A stretch of 64,000 nucleotides of DNA from Deltaproteobacteria bacterium. Lineage in GTDB: Bacteria; Desulfobacterota; Syntrophia; Syntrophales; JACQWR01. Shown piece after piece: positions 9,945 through 19,576 of the stretch. The notes beneath the pieces are model-generated. The model ran no database searches. It saw only the letters and a list, made by a program, of their open reading frames with translations, and was not told the DNA's origin. How positions within the stretch are numbered: the first letter of the stretch is position 1; each line of letters opens with the position of its first letter. The translations under genes were made by a program, and so were the position numbers. The DNA is taken from positions 48,556-112,555 of the forward strand of contig JAPLJV010000006.1 in the NCBI GenBank assembly GCA_026388415.1, in the 5' to 3' direction.

Positions 9945-10877
9945 ATGCCGGATCAATTCCATCAGAGAGATTCAGTCGCCATCCTTGGTCTGGGTAAGGT
10001 CGGAACCGCAGTTGGTCATCTGCTCCGGTCCGCCGGTTACGAAATCGTGGCTGTCGCCGGCCGATCAACTGCCAAACTAAATCAGGGCATCGCGTATACG
10101 GGAGGCCAAGCCTTTACGGACTTCTCCGCGGCTGCCTCCCGAGCGGATTGCATCTTGATCACCACCAGTGATGATGCCATTGCCTCCGTATGTGATGAAA
10201 TTTGTCAAAGAGGCGCCATTCATCCCGGTAAAAAAGTAATCCACATGAGCGGCGCGGGTGGCCTTGACCTCCTTTCTCCCGCCGCCAGGGCCGGGGCGCA
10301 TATCGCCAGCATCCATCCGTTACAATCCTTTGCCAGCGTGGAAGGGGCGATAAACAGCATACCCGGCAGCACCTTCGGCATCACGGCCGACAAAGAAATC
10401 CAGCGCTGGGCCGAGCAGATGGTGTGCGACCTGCGCGGCAACCCTTTTACCATCGCGGATGAAGATAAACCGCTTTACCATGCCGCCGCTTGTCTGGCCT
10501 CGAATTCTTTGACCACACTGATCCACAACGTGGAAGGAATTTATCAATCACTGGGTATGACCCCGACCGAGGCTTTGCGGGCTTTCTGGCCCCTGGTTCA
10601 GGGGACCATGCAGAACATTGAAAACAACGGCACCGTGCAGGCCTTGACCGGTCCCATATCCCGCGGCGATGCCGGCACCGTAGCCAAGCATCTGGCGGCC
10701 ATGCAAAAAAGCTTCCCCACACTATTGCCGCTCTATTGCGCACTGGGCAAAGAAACGATATCGCTGGGGCTGAAAAAGAAGACCCTGAATCCGGATAAGG
10801 CGGAAATAATCAATAAATTACTGGAAGGAGAGGCTGGCCATGACGGAAAAAAAAATTACCACAGCGGTAATTCGTGA
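9945..10877 (+). CDS. Rossmann-fold + DUF2520 domain oxidoreductase-like protein
   Basis: N-terminal ILGLGKVGTAVG dinucleotide fold, C-terminal PLYHAAACLASN ... TGPISRGD (DUF2520-type). Overlaps panB by 38 nt. Confidence 0.7.
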   Translation: MPDQFHQRDSVAILGLGKVGTAVGHLLRSAGYEIVAVAGRSTAKLNQGIAYTGGQAFTDFSAAASRADCILITTSDDAIASVCDEICQRGAIHPGKKVIHMSGAGGLDLLSPAARAGAHIASIHPLQSFASVEGAINSIPGSTFGITADKEIQRWAEQMVCDLRGNPFTIADEDKPLYHAAACLASNSLTTLIHNVEGIYQSLGMTPTEALRAFWPLVQGTMQNIENNGTVQALTGPISRGDAGTVAKHLAAMQKSFPTLLPLYCALGKETISLGLKKKTLNPDKAEIINKLLEGEAGHDGKKNYHSGNS

Positions 10878-11643
10878 GAGGAAGATAAAAGGCGCCAAGA
10901 TTACCATGCTGACGGCCTATGACTATGCCACGGCGATGGTGTTGGATAATGCAGGGGTGGATATTATCCTCGTCGGAGACTCCCTCGGCATGGTCGTCCT
11001 CGGTTATGAAAGCACCCTCCCGGTCACCATGGAGGAGATGCTGCACCACACCAAGGCTGCCTCCCGCGGAACAAGGCGTGCGATGCTGATCGCCGATATG
11101 CCATTTCTGTCCTATCAGGTATCCGACACAGAGGCGATGCTAAATGCCGGCCGCTTTCTCAAAGAAGCAGGCGCACAGGGGGTAAAGCTTGAAGGCGGCA
11201 GAGAAATGGCAGGGTTAATTAGAAAAATGACCGCCGTCGGCATACCGGTCATGGCCCACCTGGGCCTGACGCCACAGTCGGTGCTGCAGTTCGGGGGCCA
11301 TAAAATCCAGGGCAAGGAAGATGCCGCCGCCAACAGAATAATGGAAGACGCCCGGATGATAGAAGACGCCGGCGCTTTTTCAGTGGTGCTGGAATGTGTC
11401 CCGGCGCCCCTGGCCGCTAAGATAACCAAGGCCCTAAGCATACCCACGATCGGCATCGGGGCGGGTGTCGAATGCGACGGCCAGGTACTGGTCATCAACG
11501 ACATGTTGGGCATGTTCGAAAGGTTCACCCCCAAATTTGTCAAAAAGTACTGCAACCTCAATGCCCAGATGAAAGATGCCGTCCGGCAATATATTGACGA
11601 AGTCAAAAGCGGCAAGTTCCCCGACGAGGAACATTCATATTAA
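10840..11643 (+). CDS. panB: 3-methyl-2-oxobutanoate hydroxymethyltransferase
   Basis: KITMLTAYDY and VGDSLGMV motifs, 267 aa. Confidence 0.92.
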   Translation: MTEKKITTAVIRERKIKGAKITMLTAYDYATAMVLDNAGVDIILVGDSLGMVVLGYESTLPVTMEEMLHHTKAASRGTRRAMLIADMPFLSYQVSDTEAMLNAGRFLKEAGAQGVKLEGGREMAGLIRKMTAVGIPVMAHLGLTPQSVLQFGGHKIQGKEDAAANRIMEDARMIEDAGAFSVVLECVPAPLAAKITKALSIPTIGIGAGVECDGQVLVINDMLGMFERFTPKFVKKYCNLNAQMKDAVRQYIDEVKSGKFPDEEHSY

Positions 11644-11688
11644 TCAAAGTGACGGGAAAGCAAGCCCTTGACCCATCACACGGTCTCG

Positions 11689-12699
11689 TTATTGACCAGA
11701 GACGATGATCGTTGCCTTCGCCCGCAGTTTATTCAGCATCTCCTTGAAGGCCTCCTGCCGCTTCTGCTGCTGGAGAAAATTACCGATTTCGTCTCTGATT
11801 TTTTTGTCCAGACTGATCACCTTCGCTTCATTATGCGCCAGTACCTGGATGATATGGTAACCGAAATCTGTTTCCACTACCGGGCCAATTGCATTTACCT
11901 TTTGTGAAAAGGCAGCATCTTCAAAGGGTTTCACCATCTGACCGCGGGGAAAGGAACCGAGATCGCCCCCGCTGGTTTTGCTCGGGCAATCGGAATTTTT
12001 TGCCGCCAAATCAGCAAAGTCGCCCCCATCCTGGAGTTGCTTCCGCAGCATTTCTGCCTTACCCTTCTTTTCGGTCTTCGTTTTTTCATCGTCGCCGGCT
12101 TTTTTATTAATCAGGATGTGACGGGCGTGCACCGTCTCCGGCGCCTTGAATTTTGCTTTATTATCCTGATAATACTTGGATATTTCCTTATCAGTAGGCT
12201 TGGCCATGGCGAGCGGCTGCAAGAGGACAAGTTTATTGATCTTCACTCCCAACGTAACCTCTTCGCGGAATTTATCTTTGGTGATATCGTTTTTCTTCAG
12301 GAGATCGTCCAGTGTTGCACCCGGCGGCAGGCCTGCCTTTACGCGCTCCGTGGCTTCCGTAATTTCCTGTTCTGTGGCATTGATCTTGAGCCTTTTGACT
12401 TCCTGGGACAAAAGCGTCCTGATGACAAAATCATCCAGGATCTGCTTCTTTATCTCCGGCATTATCTTCTGTAAACGGTCGGCGGGCAGTTGATCCTTGA
12501 TTGCGGCAAGTTTACGCTTCAGTTCAGCATTGAACTGGCTTTTTGTAAACTTAACGCCGTTTACCTCCGCCATAGCGCCCGATGAAGTCGCCGGGGGCGC
12601 TGTCGCGGCGGCGGCACTCCGAGGATTGCATCCTCCCATTTGCCAAAATGCCAGCGCTATAGTTAATGCAAGTAGCGGTAATCTGTGAAGCTCTTTCAT
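11689..12699 (-). CDS. parvulin-type peptidyl-prolyl isomerase (SurA/PrsA-like), secreted
   Basis: ARHILI...FGYHIIQV parvulin signature and a signal peptide. The ATG at 12699 is preceded by GGAGG; the ORF is open to 12729. Confidence 0.82.
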   Translation of the reverse strand: MKELHRLPLLALTIALAFWQMGGCNPRSAAAATAPPATSSGAMAEVNGVKFTKSQFNAELKRKLAAIKDQLPADRLQKIMPEIKKQILDDFVIRTLLSQEVKRLKINATEQEITEATERVKAGLPPGATLDDLLKKNDITKDKFREEVTLGVKINKLVLLQPLAMAKPTDKEISKYYQDNKAKFKAPETVHARHILINKKAGDDEKTKTEKKGKAEMLRKQLQDGGDFADLAAKNSDCPSKTSGGDLGSFPRGQMVKPFEDAAFSQKVNAIGPVVETDFGYHIIQVLAHNEAKVISLDKKIRDEIGNFLQQQKRQEAFKEMLNKLRAKATIIVSGQ

Positions 12700-12839
12700 G
12701 ATTGTTCCTCCCTGCCTTCCTGATCTCACTATGAACCTCCCTTTCTCTTCGTAAAACCGGACGGAGTATATGAAAAAGTCTGGACAAAGGTCAAGATAAT
12801 ATTGAGAAAATATTCCTGAAACGTTAATTAATCAAATGT

Positions 12840-14771
12840 TTAACCCTTGCCGGCGGTCGCATTGAGGCTGTTCGTCATCAGGTCGCCAATCATTTTGCTG
12901 AACCGCGAGGGATTATCAATTTTTCCTCCCCCGGCGATGACGGCCATATCGAACAGCAAATCACTATAATCCTTCAACAGGGGAGCGTCTTTATCGTCCT
13001 CGAAGATCGTCTTGATTTTGGCGAGTAGGGGATGCTCCATGTTGAGTTCCAAAACCCGCTTAACCGGCGGCTGTTCCTGACCAGTTGCCTTGAGGACTTT
13101 TTCCAGGTAGGCGCTCATATCGTTAACATCGCCCGAAAGACAGGCCACGGAATCCTTCAGATGGGTAGAAGGTTTGACCTCCTTCACCTGCGCATCCAAT
13201 TGCGTCTTGATATATTCAAAAAGGGCGTGGTATTCATCTTTCTTCTGGTCGTCGGCCTGCTTCCCGATATCCAGATCTCCCTTTTCGGCGCTCTTGAAGG
13301 GTTTCTTCTCATATTCATGCAAGTCCCGCAAAACCCATTCGTCCATGGGATCGGTCATGAGCAGCACCTCGTAATCCTTTTCCTTCAACAGCTCCAGGTG
13401 CGGGCTGTTGAGCAGGGTGGTGAGGTTTTCGCCCGTAATGTAGTAGATGCCATCCTGATCTGGTTGCATGCGGCTGACGTAATCGGCGAGCGAGATCAAG
13501 GCCCCCTCGGAACGGGTTGTCTGGTAACGCAGCAGCGCACTGATCTTGTCCCGATTGTCATAATCCATCGAGATCCCGCTTTTTAACAGGGAGCCGAATT
13601 CCTTGAAGAACTGCTCGTATTTATCTTTTTCGAGATTCCCCAGTAGCTCGAGGGTCTTCTTCACGAGGTTTTTGCGGATGTTCTTTACTAGGGCATCCTG
13701 CTGCAGGATCTCACGGCTAACATTCAGGTTGAGATCAGGCGCGTCAACAACGCCCTTGACGAAGGCCAGGTAAGAGGGCATCAGTTCCTTGCAGTTCTCC
13801 ATGATGAAGACCCGCTTGGAGTAGAGCTGAATACCGTGTTTCTGATCCTGCCTAAAAAAATCGAATGGCGCCCGGGAAGGCACGTACAAAAGGGCGCTGT
13901 ATTCCGTCGCCCCTTCCAGCTTCACATGCAGGTGCGCCAGCGGGGGATTCCAGTCATGGCTGATATGGTTGTAGAATTCTTTGTATTCCTCATCGGAGAT
14001 CTCTTTCTTGTCCGTCGTCCAGATGGCCTTCATGGAATTGAGGGTTTCTTCCTTGACAACTTTAGTGGTCTTGCTGCCATCGGGCTTTCCCTCTTTATCG
14101 AGCACCGGTTCCGTTCTTTCGACATCCATCAAGATCGGATAGGCAACAAAATCGGAGTGCTTTTTTATGATGCTGCGGATGGTCCATTCTTCGGTGAAGT
14201 CCTGTTCATCTTTTTCCGCCTTTTTCAGGGACAGGATGACTGTGGTCCCGCGAAAATCCTTTTTCGTCTCCTCAATCGTGTAGGACCCGTCCCCGGCCGA
14301 AACCCACCTGGTGGCCTTGTTGCTGCCGGCGGCTCTGGTGACAAGGGTTATCTTGCTCGCCACGATAAAGGCGCTGTAGAAACCGACACCGAATTGGCCG
14401 ATGAATTCTGGTGTCAGCAGTTCGGGTTTTTTTGCTGCGGCTGCTGCTTCGAGGAAGCTCGCCGTGCCGCTTTTAGCGATCGTGCCAATGTTTTCGGCCA
14501 CCTCGTCATAGGTCATGCCGATCCCGTTGTCCGCTATCTCCAGGGTCCTCTTCTTTTTATCCACGGTAATTTTGATCTTGTACTCCGCATCGGCGTCCAG
14601 AATATCGGGCTCCGTCTGGGCCTTGAATCTCAACTTATCAATGGCATCCGAGGCATTGGAGATCAATTCTCTCAGGAAAATCTCCTGGTGGGAATAGAGG
14701 GAGTTGATAATGATGTTCATGAGTTGCTGAACTTCAGTTTTGAATTGACGCGTTTCCTTCTTTGCTTCCAT
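12840..14771 (-). CDS. htpG: molecular chaperone HtpG (Hsp90)
   Basis: LRELISNASDA and IGQFGVGFYS motifs. The ATG at 14771 (MEAKKETRQFKTE...) has GGAG upstream. The 56-codon upstream extension is not Hsp90-like. Confidence 0.93.
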   Translation of the reverse strand: MEAKKETRQFKTEVQQLMNIIINSLYSHQEIFLRELISNASDAIDKLRFKAQTEPDILDADAEYKIKITVDKKKRTLEIADNGIGMTYDEVAENIGTIAKSGTASFLEAAAAAKKPELLTPEFIGQFGVGFYSAFIVASKITLVTRAAGSNKATRWVSAGDGSYTIEETKKDFRGTTVILSLKKAEKDEQDFTEEWTIRSIIKKHSDFVAYPILMDVERTEPVLDKEGKPDGSKTTKVVKEETLNSMKAIWTTDKKEISDEEYKEFYNHISHDWNPPLAHLHVKLEGATEYSALLYVPSRAPFDFFRQDQKHGIQLYSKRVFIMENCKELMPSYLAFVKGVVDAPDLNLNVSREILQQDALVKNIRKNLVKKTLELLGNLEKDKYEQFFKEFGSLLKSGISMDYDNRDKISALLRYQTTRSEGALISLADYVSRMQPDQDGIYYITGENLTTLLNSPHLELLKEKDYEVLLMTDPMDEWVLRDLHEYEKKPFKSAEKGDLDIGKQADDQKKDEYHALFEYIKTQLDAQVKEVKPSTHLKDSVACLSGDVNDMSAYLEKVLKATGQEQPPVKRVLELNMEHPLLAKIKTIFEDDKDAPLLKDYSDLLFDMAVIAGGGKIDNPSRFSKMIGDLMTNSLNATAGKG

Positions 14772-14843
14772 AAGGGGCTCCTGATCTTTTCTGATGTATT
14801 TATTTACTAAAAATTGCTCTTGTTGATATAAATAGACCGGCGC

Positions 14844-14873
14844 TATGATGGTAATGAATTTTGTTTTGTCAAG
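14844..14873 (-). promoter_or_regulatory. possible heat-shock (sigma32-like) or sigma70 promoter of htpG
   Basis: The minus strand reads CTTGACA-15 nt-CCATCATA, about 75-100 nt upstream of the htpG start. This is a pattern match only. Confidence 0.3.
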
Positions 14874-15100
14874 CCGCTGAATGATCCAAAGTAAAATAGA
14901 GAACTGGCGTGCTGCTAGCCTATGACGGTTCGTTTCCAATCGGGAGTTTGACGAGACAACCGGTTTTCTTTTATGGGCAAGCTATGAATTGACCTGACCA
15001 AGATTTGACTTTACAAACACTCTCAAGCCGCGCCTCCTTTAACCTGTTCACAAAGTCACAGCCTCAGATAGGGGATAAAAGTGCGGATTACCAATTGAAC

Positions 15101-17971
15101 TTAAGCCACGGCAAGTTTAAAACCTTTCTCCCGAAATAATCTCAGACAGGCATCTGCCACAGCTTCGTCGTAGAAGGTGCCACTGTTCTTCTCGATTTCA
15201 TTCAGAGCCGCATCAATGCCCAAGCCAGGACGATAGGGCCTGTGTGAGGCCATGGCTTCCACTACATCTGCAACAGCGAGAATGCGTGCCTCCATGAGGA
15301 TCCCCTCTCCCCTCAGACTTCTTGGATAACCGGAACCATCCATCCGCTCATGATGCTGATGGACGATCTCCGCCAGCGGCCAGGAAGACTCCACATCCTT
15401 CAGCATCTCGAATCCTCTGCGGGCATGCTCCTTGATCAGGGCAAACTCGATCTCCGACAGCTTCGTCGGCTTGGACAATATCTCGGCCGGGATTGACAGT
15501 TTTCCGATGTCATGGATGGAACCGGCCATACGGATGCCCTCGATCTTTTCGGAGGGAAGTCCCATCTCCATGGCAATGGCGCTTGCCAGATCCGCTGACC
15601 GGATCTGATGACCGGCTGTATAGGGATCTCTTACCTCCACAGCCGATACCATGACCTGGATGGTCGCCTGAATTGCATTGCGCAGGCTTTCAAGGGTTTG
15701 ACGCAGCGAATCCTCTGCAACGTCTCTTTGGATAACCAGAGCAACGGCGCTACTGAGTCCATCCAGTATTGCATCTTCTGGGGACGATATTGGATGTTTT
15801 GCGAAGAGGGCCAGAACTCCCAATGTCTTTCCACCGGGAACACGGAGCTGGTATCCTACGAACGACACTAGCCCGAGTTCGCGCGCCCATTCGCGGTTGT
15901 GCACCCGAGGATCATTCTGCACGTCGTTTGTGAGGAATTTGTGATTTTTATCTGACGCGATGGATCCAATCTTGTAGCAACCGAAAGGAACGCGGCGGTG
16001 AATCTTGCCGTCTGTATGTGTGTAGCGGCCGGAACTCGCCAGCAAATGCAGACATCGGTCGCGGTAACGGCAGGTATGCGGTCCTTCATTCACTTCGGCA
16101 TGGACGCAGCCCTGTTCGCAAAGATCACCGGGCTGAATCAGCCAGATTCTACAAAAATCAGTGTCGAAGAGACTGACAATGCTGTCAGTTATAGCTCTGA
16201 GTTTTTCTTCAAGCGTGGCCGGCGCAAGAAGCGATTGTTGGAGTAGGTTGACACCCTGCTGCCACAATAGTATTTTTTCGCGTTCATCTTCCGCCCGCTT
16301 ACGGTCAGTAATGTCTCGGCTCAACGAGATAATGCCCACGGCCTTCTGTGCCTCGTCCCGTATAAATGACAGGTGGTTCTCCATCCAAACGATGGAACCG
16401 TCCTTTCTGTATTGCTCCACTTCCAAGATGCGGTTTCTGCCGGGATCTGCCGTACCACTGGCTTCCAATTTCATCTCTTCTTCAAAGACCCTGGCACTGA
16501 TCTGCAGGGATTCAGGCGTCATGACCTGTTCAAAAGTCTGCGCCACGGCCTCTTCTGCCGTGTATCCCCGCATACGAAAGATGGAAGGGCTGACGTAGGT
16601 AAAACGCAGATTCATGTCCAAGACCGTTATGACGTCTGCCATATTATCCACCAGCCAACGGTATTTCCCTTCGCTTTCCCTGAGCGCCTCCTTCGCCTGC
16701 TTGCGCTCGGTAATATCACGAATATTGCATTGTACCAATTTGGCCCTATCTACAAGATAGATCTCTGTATCAATATGCTGCCCGGACTTGGTTTCTACCT
16801 TTACATTGCGATAATTAAGAATGCCGCTCTTGTTTAAATTTTGCATTATCGTTTGGAAATCACTCGTATCGAGCACAACACCGATGTCCTGAAGACCATT
16901 CCCTATGCTCTCATTTTCGGTATAGCCCAACAACTTCTCGGTGGCCGGATTGGCATGGGTTATCTTTCCTTCGCGTTTTTCTAAAAGTACTATTCCATCG
17001 CTGGCAGTTTCAAAAAGACGCCTATACTGTTGTTCGGAGTCTATTAATAAACTTTCCAGTCGCTTGTGCTCAGTGATGTCCTCAATGGCCAGCAGGATGA
17101 TCCGTTCTTTTCCGAATACTCTTTTAATTTGCCGGGCATTTAGAAGCATGATACGCCTGCCAATGGTGGCAAAATCGTGTTCAACCTCATAGTCATCAAA
17201 GGTTGTCTTTTGGGGAAGGATGGTTTCCAGCAGTTCCCGCAGCTTGGGGATGTTCCACTGTTTATTGCCCAGGTCATAGATAAGCTGTCCCACAGTCTCT
17301 TCAGGCTTTACCTTGAAGAAGTTATAGAAGGAGCGGCTGGCGGTGACTACCCGTAAATCTTGATCCAGAGCGATTAAGGGTTCGCGCACGGTGTTGATGA
17401 CGCTCTCGGCGTATTCGCTAACTTCATCTGCAGCTATTTTAATAACCGCCAGTTCTTTCCGGGTTTTTTCCAGACCGGCTTCTATCTCCTTACGCTCGGT
17501 GATGTCCTCAATGGCCAGGAGGATAATCTTTGCGCCGATGTCTTTCCGATGTATTTGACGGGCATTGAGCAGCATGGTTTTATGACCGATGTCTTCGAAA
17601 TTATGGTCAACCTCGAAGTCGTCAAACGCTTGTTTTTCAGGAAGGACTTCTTCAAGCAGCTCCCGAAGTTTGGGAATGTCCCATTGTTTGTTTCCAAGGT
17701 CATAGATGAAACTTCCGACCGTCTCTCCGGGAGTTACCTTAAAGGTTCTGTAAAAGTTGCGGTTCGCCGAGATGATCTTCATGTCCGCATCCAGGACCAA
17801 AAGGGGCTCTCGAATAGTTTCCACGATGCTTTCGGCATAGCGACCGGACTCCTCGGCCGCAAGCTCCGCCGATATACTCCCGGTCATGGACTTTTTCAGC
17901 TCGTCATTTTGCGAGCACAATTCCCTCAGTTCATGTACGAGCTGCTTTTTTGTCTTATTATCATCTTTCAT
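15101..17971 (-). CDS. multi-PAS / GAF / HD-GYP signalling protein (putative c-di-GMP phosphodiesterase)
   Basis: Repeated PAS modules, a central GAF-like region, and a C-terminal HD-GYP domain with HDIGK and HHERMDGSGYP. Confidence 0.88.
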   Translation of the reverse strand: MKDDNKTKKQLVHELRELCSQNDELKKSMTGSISAELAAEESGRYAESIVETIREPLLVLDADMKIISANRNFYRTFKVTPGETVGSFIYDLGNKQWDIPKLRELLEEVLPEKQAFDDFEVDHNFEDIGHKTMLLNARQIHRKDIGAKIILLAIEDITERKEIEAGLEKTRKELAVIKIAADEVSEYAESVINTVREPLIALDQDLRVVTASRSFYNFFKVKPEETVGQLIYDLGNKQWNIPKLRELLETILPQKTTFDDYEVEHDFATIGRRIMLLNARQIKRVFGKERIILLAIEDITEHKRLESLLIDSEQQYRRLFETASDGIVLLEKREGKITHANPATEKLLGYTENESIGNGLQDIGVVLDTSDFQTIMQNLNKSGILNYRNVKVETKSGQHIDTEIYLVDRAKLVQCNIRDITERKQAKEALRESEGKYRWLVDNMADVITVLDMNLRFTYVSPSIFRMRGYTAEEAVAQTFEQVMTPESLQISARVFEEEMKLEASGTADPGRNRILEVEQYRKDGSIVWMENHLSFIRDEAQKAVGIISLSRDITDRKRAEDEREKILLWQQGVNLLQQSLLAPATLEEKLRAITDSIVSLFDTDFCRIWLIQPGDLCEQGCVHAEVNEGPHTCRYRDRCLHLLASSGRYTHTDGKIHRRVPFGCYKIGSIASDKNHKFLTNDVQNDPRVHNREWARELGLVSFVGYQLRVPGGKTLGVLALFAKHPISSPEDAILDGLSSAVALVIQRDVAEDSLRQTLESLRNAIQATIQVMVSAVEVRDPYTAGHQIRSADLASAIAMEMGLPSEKIEGIRMAGSIHDIGKLSIPAEILSKPTKLSEIEFALIKEHARRGFEMLKDVESSWPLAEIVHQHHERMDGSGYPRSLRGEGILMEARILAVADVVEAMASHRPYRPGLGIDAALNEIEKNSGTFYDEAVADACLRLFREKGFKLAVA

Positions 17972-17996
17972 AAGGTCACCTATTAGAAGGAATGAT

Positions 17997-18032
17997 TAAA
18001 AAACAAAACCCCGTCTCTTCTCAGAGACAGGG
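17997..18032 (-). terminator. intrinsic terminator-like hairpin 25 nt upstream of the PAS/HD-GYP RBS
   Basis: The minus strand reads CCCTGTCTCT-gaga-AGAGACGGGG followed by TTTTGTTTTTT. The RBS AGGTGA and the ATG follow. Confidence 0.55.
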
Positions 18033-18467
18033 TGTCAATAATTTCTTTGTGGCATCACTCTTCTGAAAAGGGCACGGATTGGTTGTGACCTGATTGACTA
18101 TGCCTTATTCAAATATGTCTTATTATGGCCCTAATGAGTTGAGAAGTCAAGGGAATATTTTATTGATATCCATTCGAAATCCAGCATTATCGCTGTGGTA
18201 AGCGATTTGTGGACTTCAGGAAAAAGCCCACACCTCGACGTACCCGTCTGCTCCAGGCAAAAATCGGTCTCCGGTGAAAATAAGACATCCGATGTGCTTA
18301 TCCTTTATCATGATCGCTGAGAGATCAACATCATTTATCTATATTTGAAGTCACTTCGGTAGATCGAAGTGACTAACTATGGCGCCAAAATGGCAACAGC
18401 AATTGCAAGGTTGCCTTATGCCGGAAGAATGCAGAACAACTCCGGAGGACTAAAACATTGATGCTAT

Positions 18468-19523
18468 TCAGGAATTCTTCCTCAAGCCCGCTCGAATCTT
18501 GATAAGCTCGGCGGCGATGCAGATGGCAATTTCTTCGGGAGAGTCAGCGTCTATTGGAATGCCGATGGGGGCATGAACCTGCTGGATTCTTGCTTGGGAA
18601 ACTCCCTCATCCAATAGTGCACGATAGATCAAATCTATCTTGCGGCGGCTGCCGATCATGCCGATGTAGGCAGGCGAGTGCCGCAAGGCTGCCTGGAGCA
18701 CCGTGTGATCGAAGATATGGCCTCGCGTGAGGATCGCCAGGTAGGAGGTGGGGGAAATGACGATCCGGTTAAAAATCTCCGTAAACGGCGCGACGATAAC
18801 TTCATCGGCTTGGGGAAAGCGTTCGCGGTTGCAGAACTCCTCCCGATCATCAATAACCACCACCGTAAAGCCGATCATTTTTGCCAGCGGCGCCAGGCAG
18901 GTGCTGATGTGACCAGCCCCGAAAAGGTAGAGGACATTATCCGGCGCCACGGGTTCGACAAATAGCCGACCGGCGCCGGAGATTTCGATAAGAGCCGCAC
19001 TTCCCATCTCCAGACGGCGCCCCTTCTCCTCTGCACCAAGAGCCAGGCCGGGAATCGCACCCATGACGTCTCCATCCTCGTCGAGGAATACATGGCAGTT
19101 CGTATTGCCGGTCAGACCTTCCCCAACCAGGGTCATGAGTACGCCCCGCTTGCCTTCCCTGAGTTTGGCGCTGATCCGGCGGAAGAGGGAGCCGGCGGCT
19201 TCGTTGTCCGGTGTGAAGTATTCCGTATAGACATCCACCACGCCGCCGCAGATCATCTTCTCTGTCTGGGCCACTTCCGCGCCCGTAAGTTCAAAGTGCT
19301 GCAAAAAAGAGCGGCCGGCAGCAAAATTTTTGCTTGCCTTGGTTGTTACCTCGTATTCCAGCCGCCCGCCACCGATTGTCCCGCGCAGTGATCCATCATC
19401 CAGGACCAGACAATTGACGCCTGTCGCCCGCGGCGCAGAGCCGGTCTGCTGGATGATCCGGCACAAGGCCACCGTTTGGTCATTGCTCAGTAAATCGCTG
19501 ATCTGGGTAAATATATTATTCAT
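18468..19523 (-). CDS. XdhC/CoxI-family accessory (molybdenum cofactor insertion) protein
   Basis: Two-domain layout: an N-terminal XdhC_CoxI-like region and a C-terminal Rossmann region (VLYLFGAGHIS). Confidence 0.75.
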   Translation of the reverse strand: MNNIFTQISDLLSNDQTVALCRIIQQTGSAPRATGVNCLVLDDGSLRGTIGGGRLEYEVTTKASKNFAAGRSFLQHFELTGAEVAQTEKMICGGVVDVYTEYFTPDNEAAGSLFRRISAKLREGKRGVLMTLVGEGLTGNTNCHVFLDEDGDVMGAIPGLALGAEEKGRRLEMGSAALIEISGAGRLFVEPVAPDNVLYLFGAGHISTCLAPLAKMIGFTVVVIDDREEFCNRERFPQADEVIVAPFTEIFNRIVISPTSYLAILTRGHIFDHTVLQAALRHSPAYIGMIGSRRKIDLIYRALLDEGVSQARIQQVHAPIGIPIDADSPEEIAICIAAELIKIRAGLRKNS

Positions 19524-19576
19524 TTTTCACCTGATTTCATGTGTGCTTTCTTTGCCATTGGCCATTAACCTTATGC

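Noticed and set aside
14772-14939. 56-codon N-terminal extension of htpG in the ORF track
   Set aside because: Hsp90 homology starts at MEAKKETRQFKTE (ATG 14771, GGAG RBS). The extension covers the putative promoter region.
17972-18467. c-di-GMP riboswitch (GEMM-type) in the leader of the HD-GYP gene
   Set aside because: It would be attractive biologically. I could not find the conserved GEMM sequence blocks (for example GGCAAACC or ACGCAAAGCC-type segments) on the minus strand by eye. The region is kept only as an unclassified leader/terminator observation.
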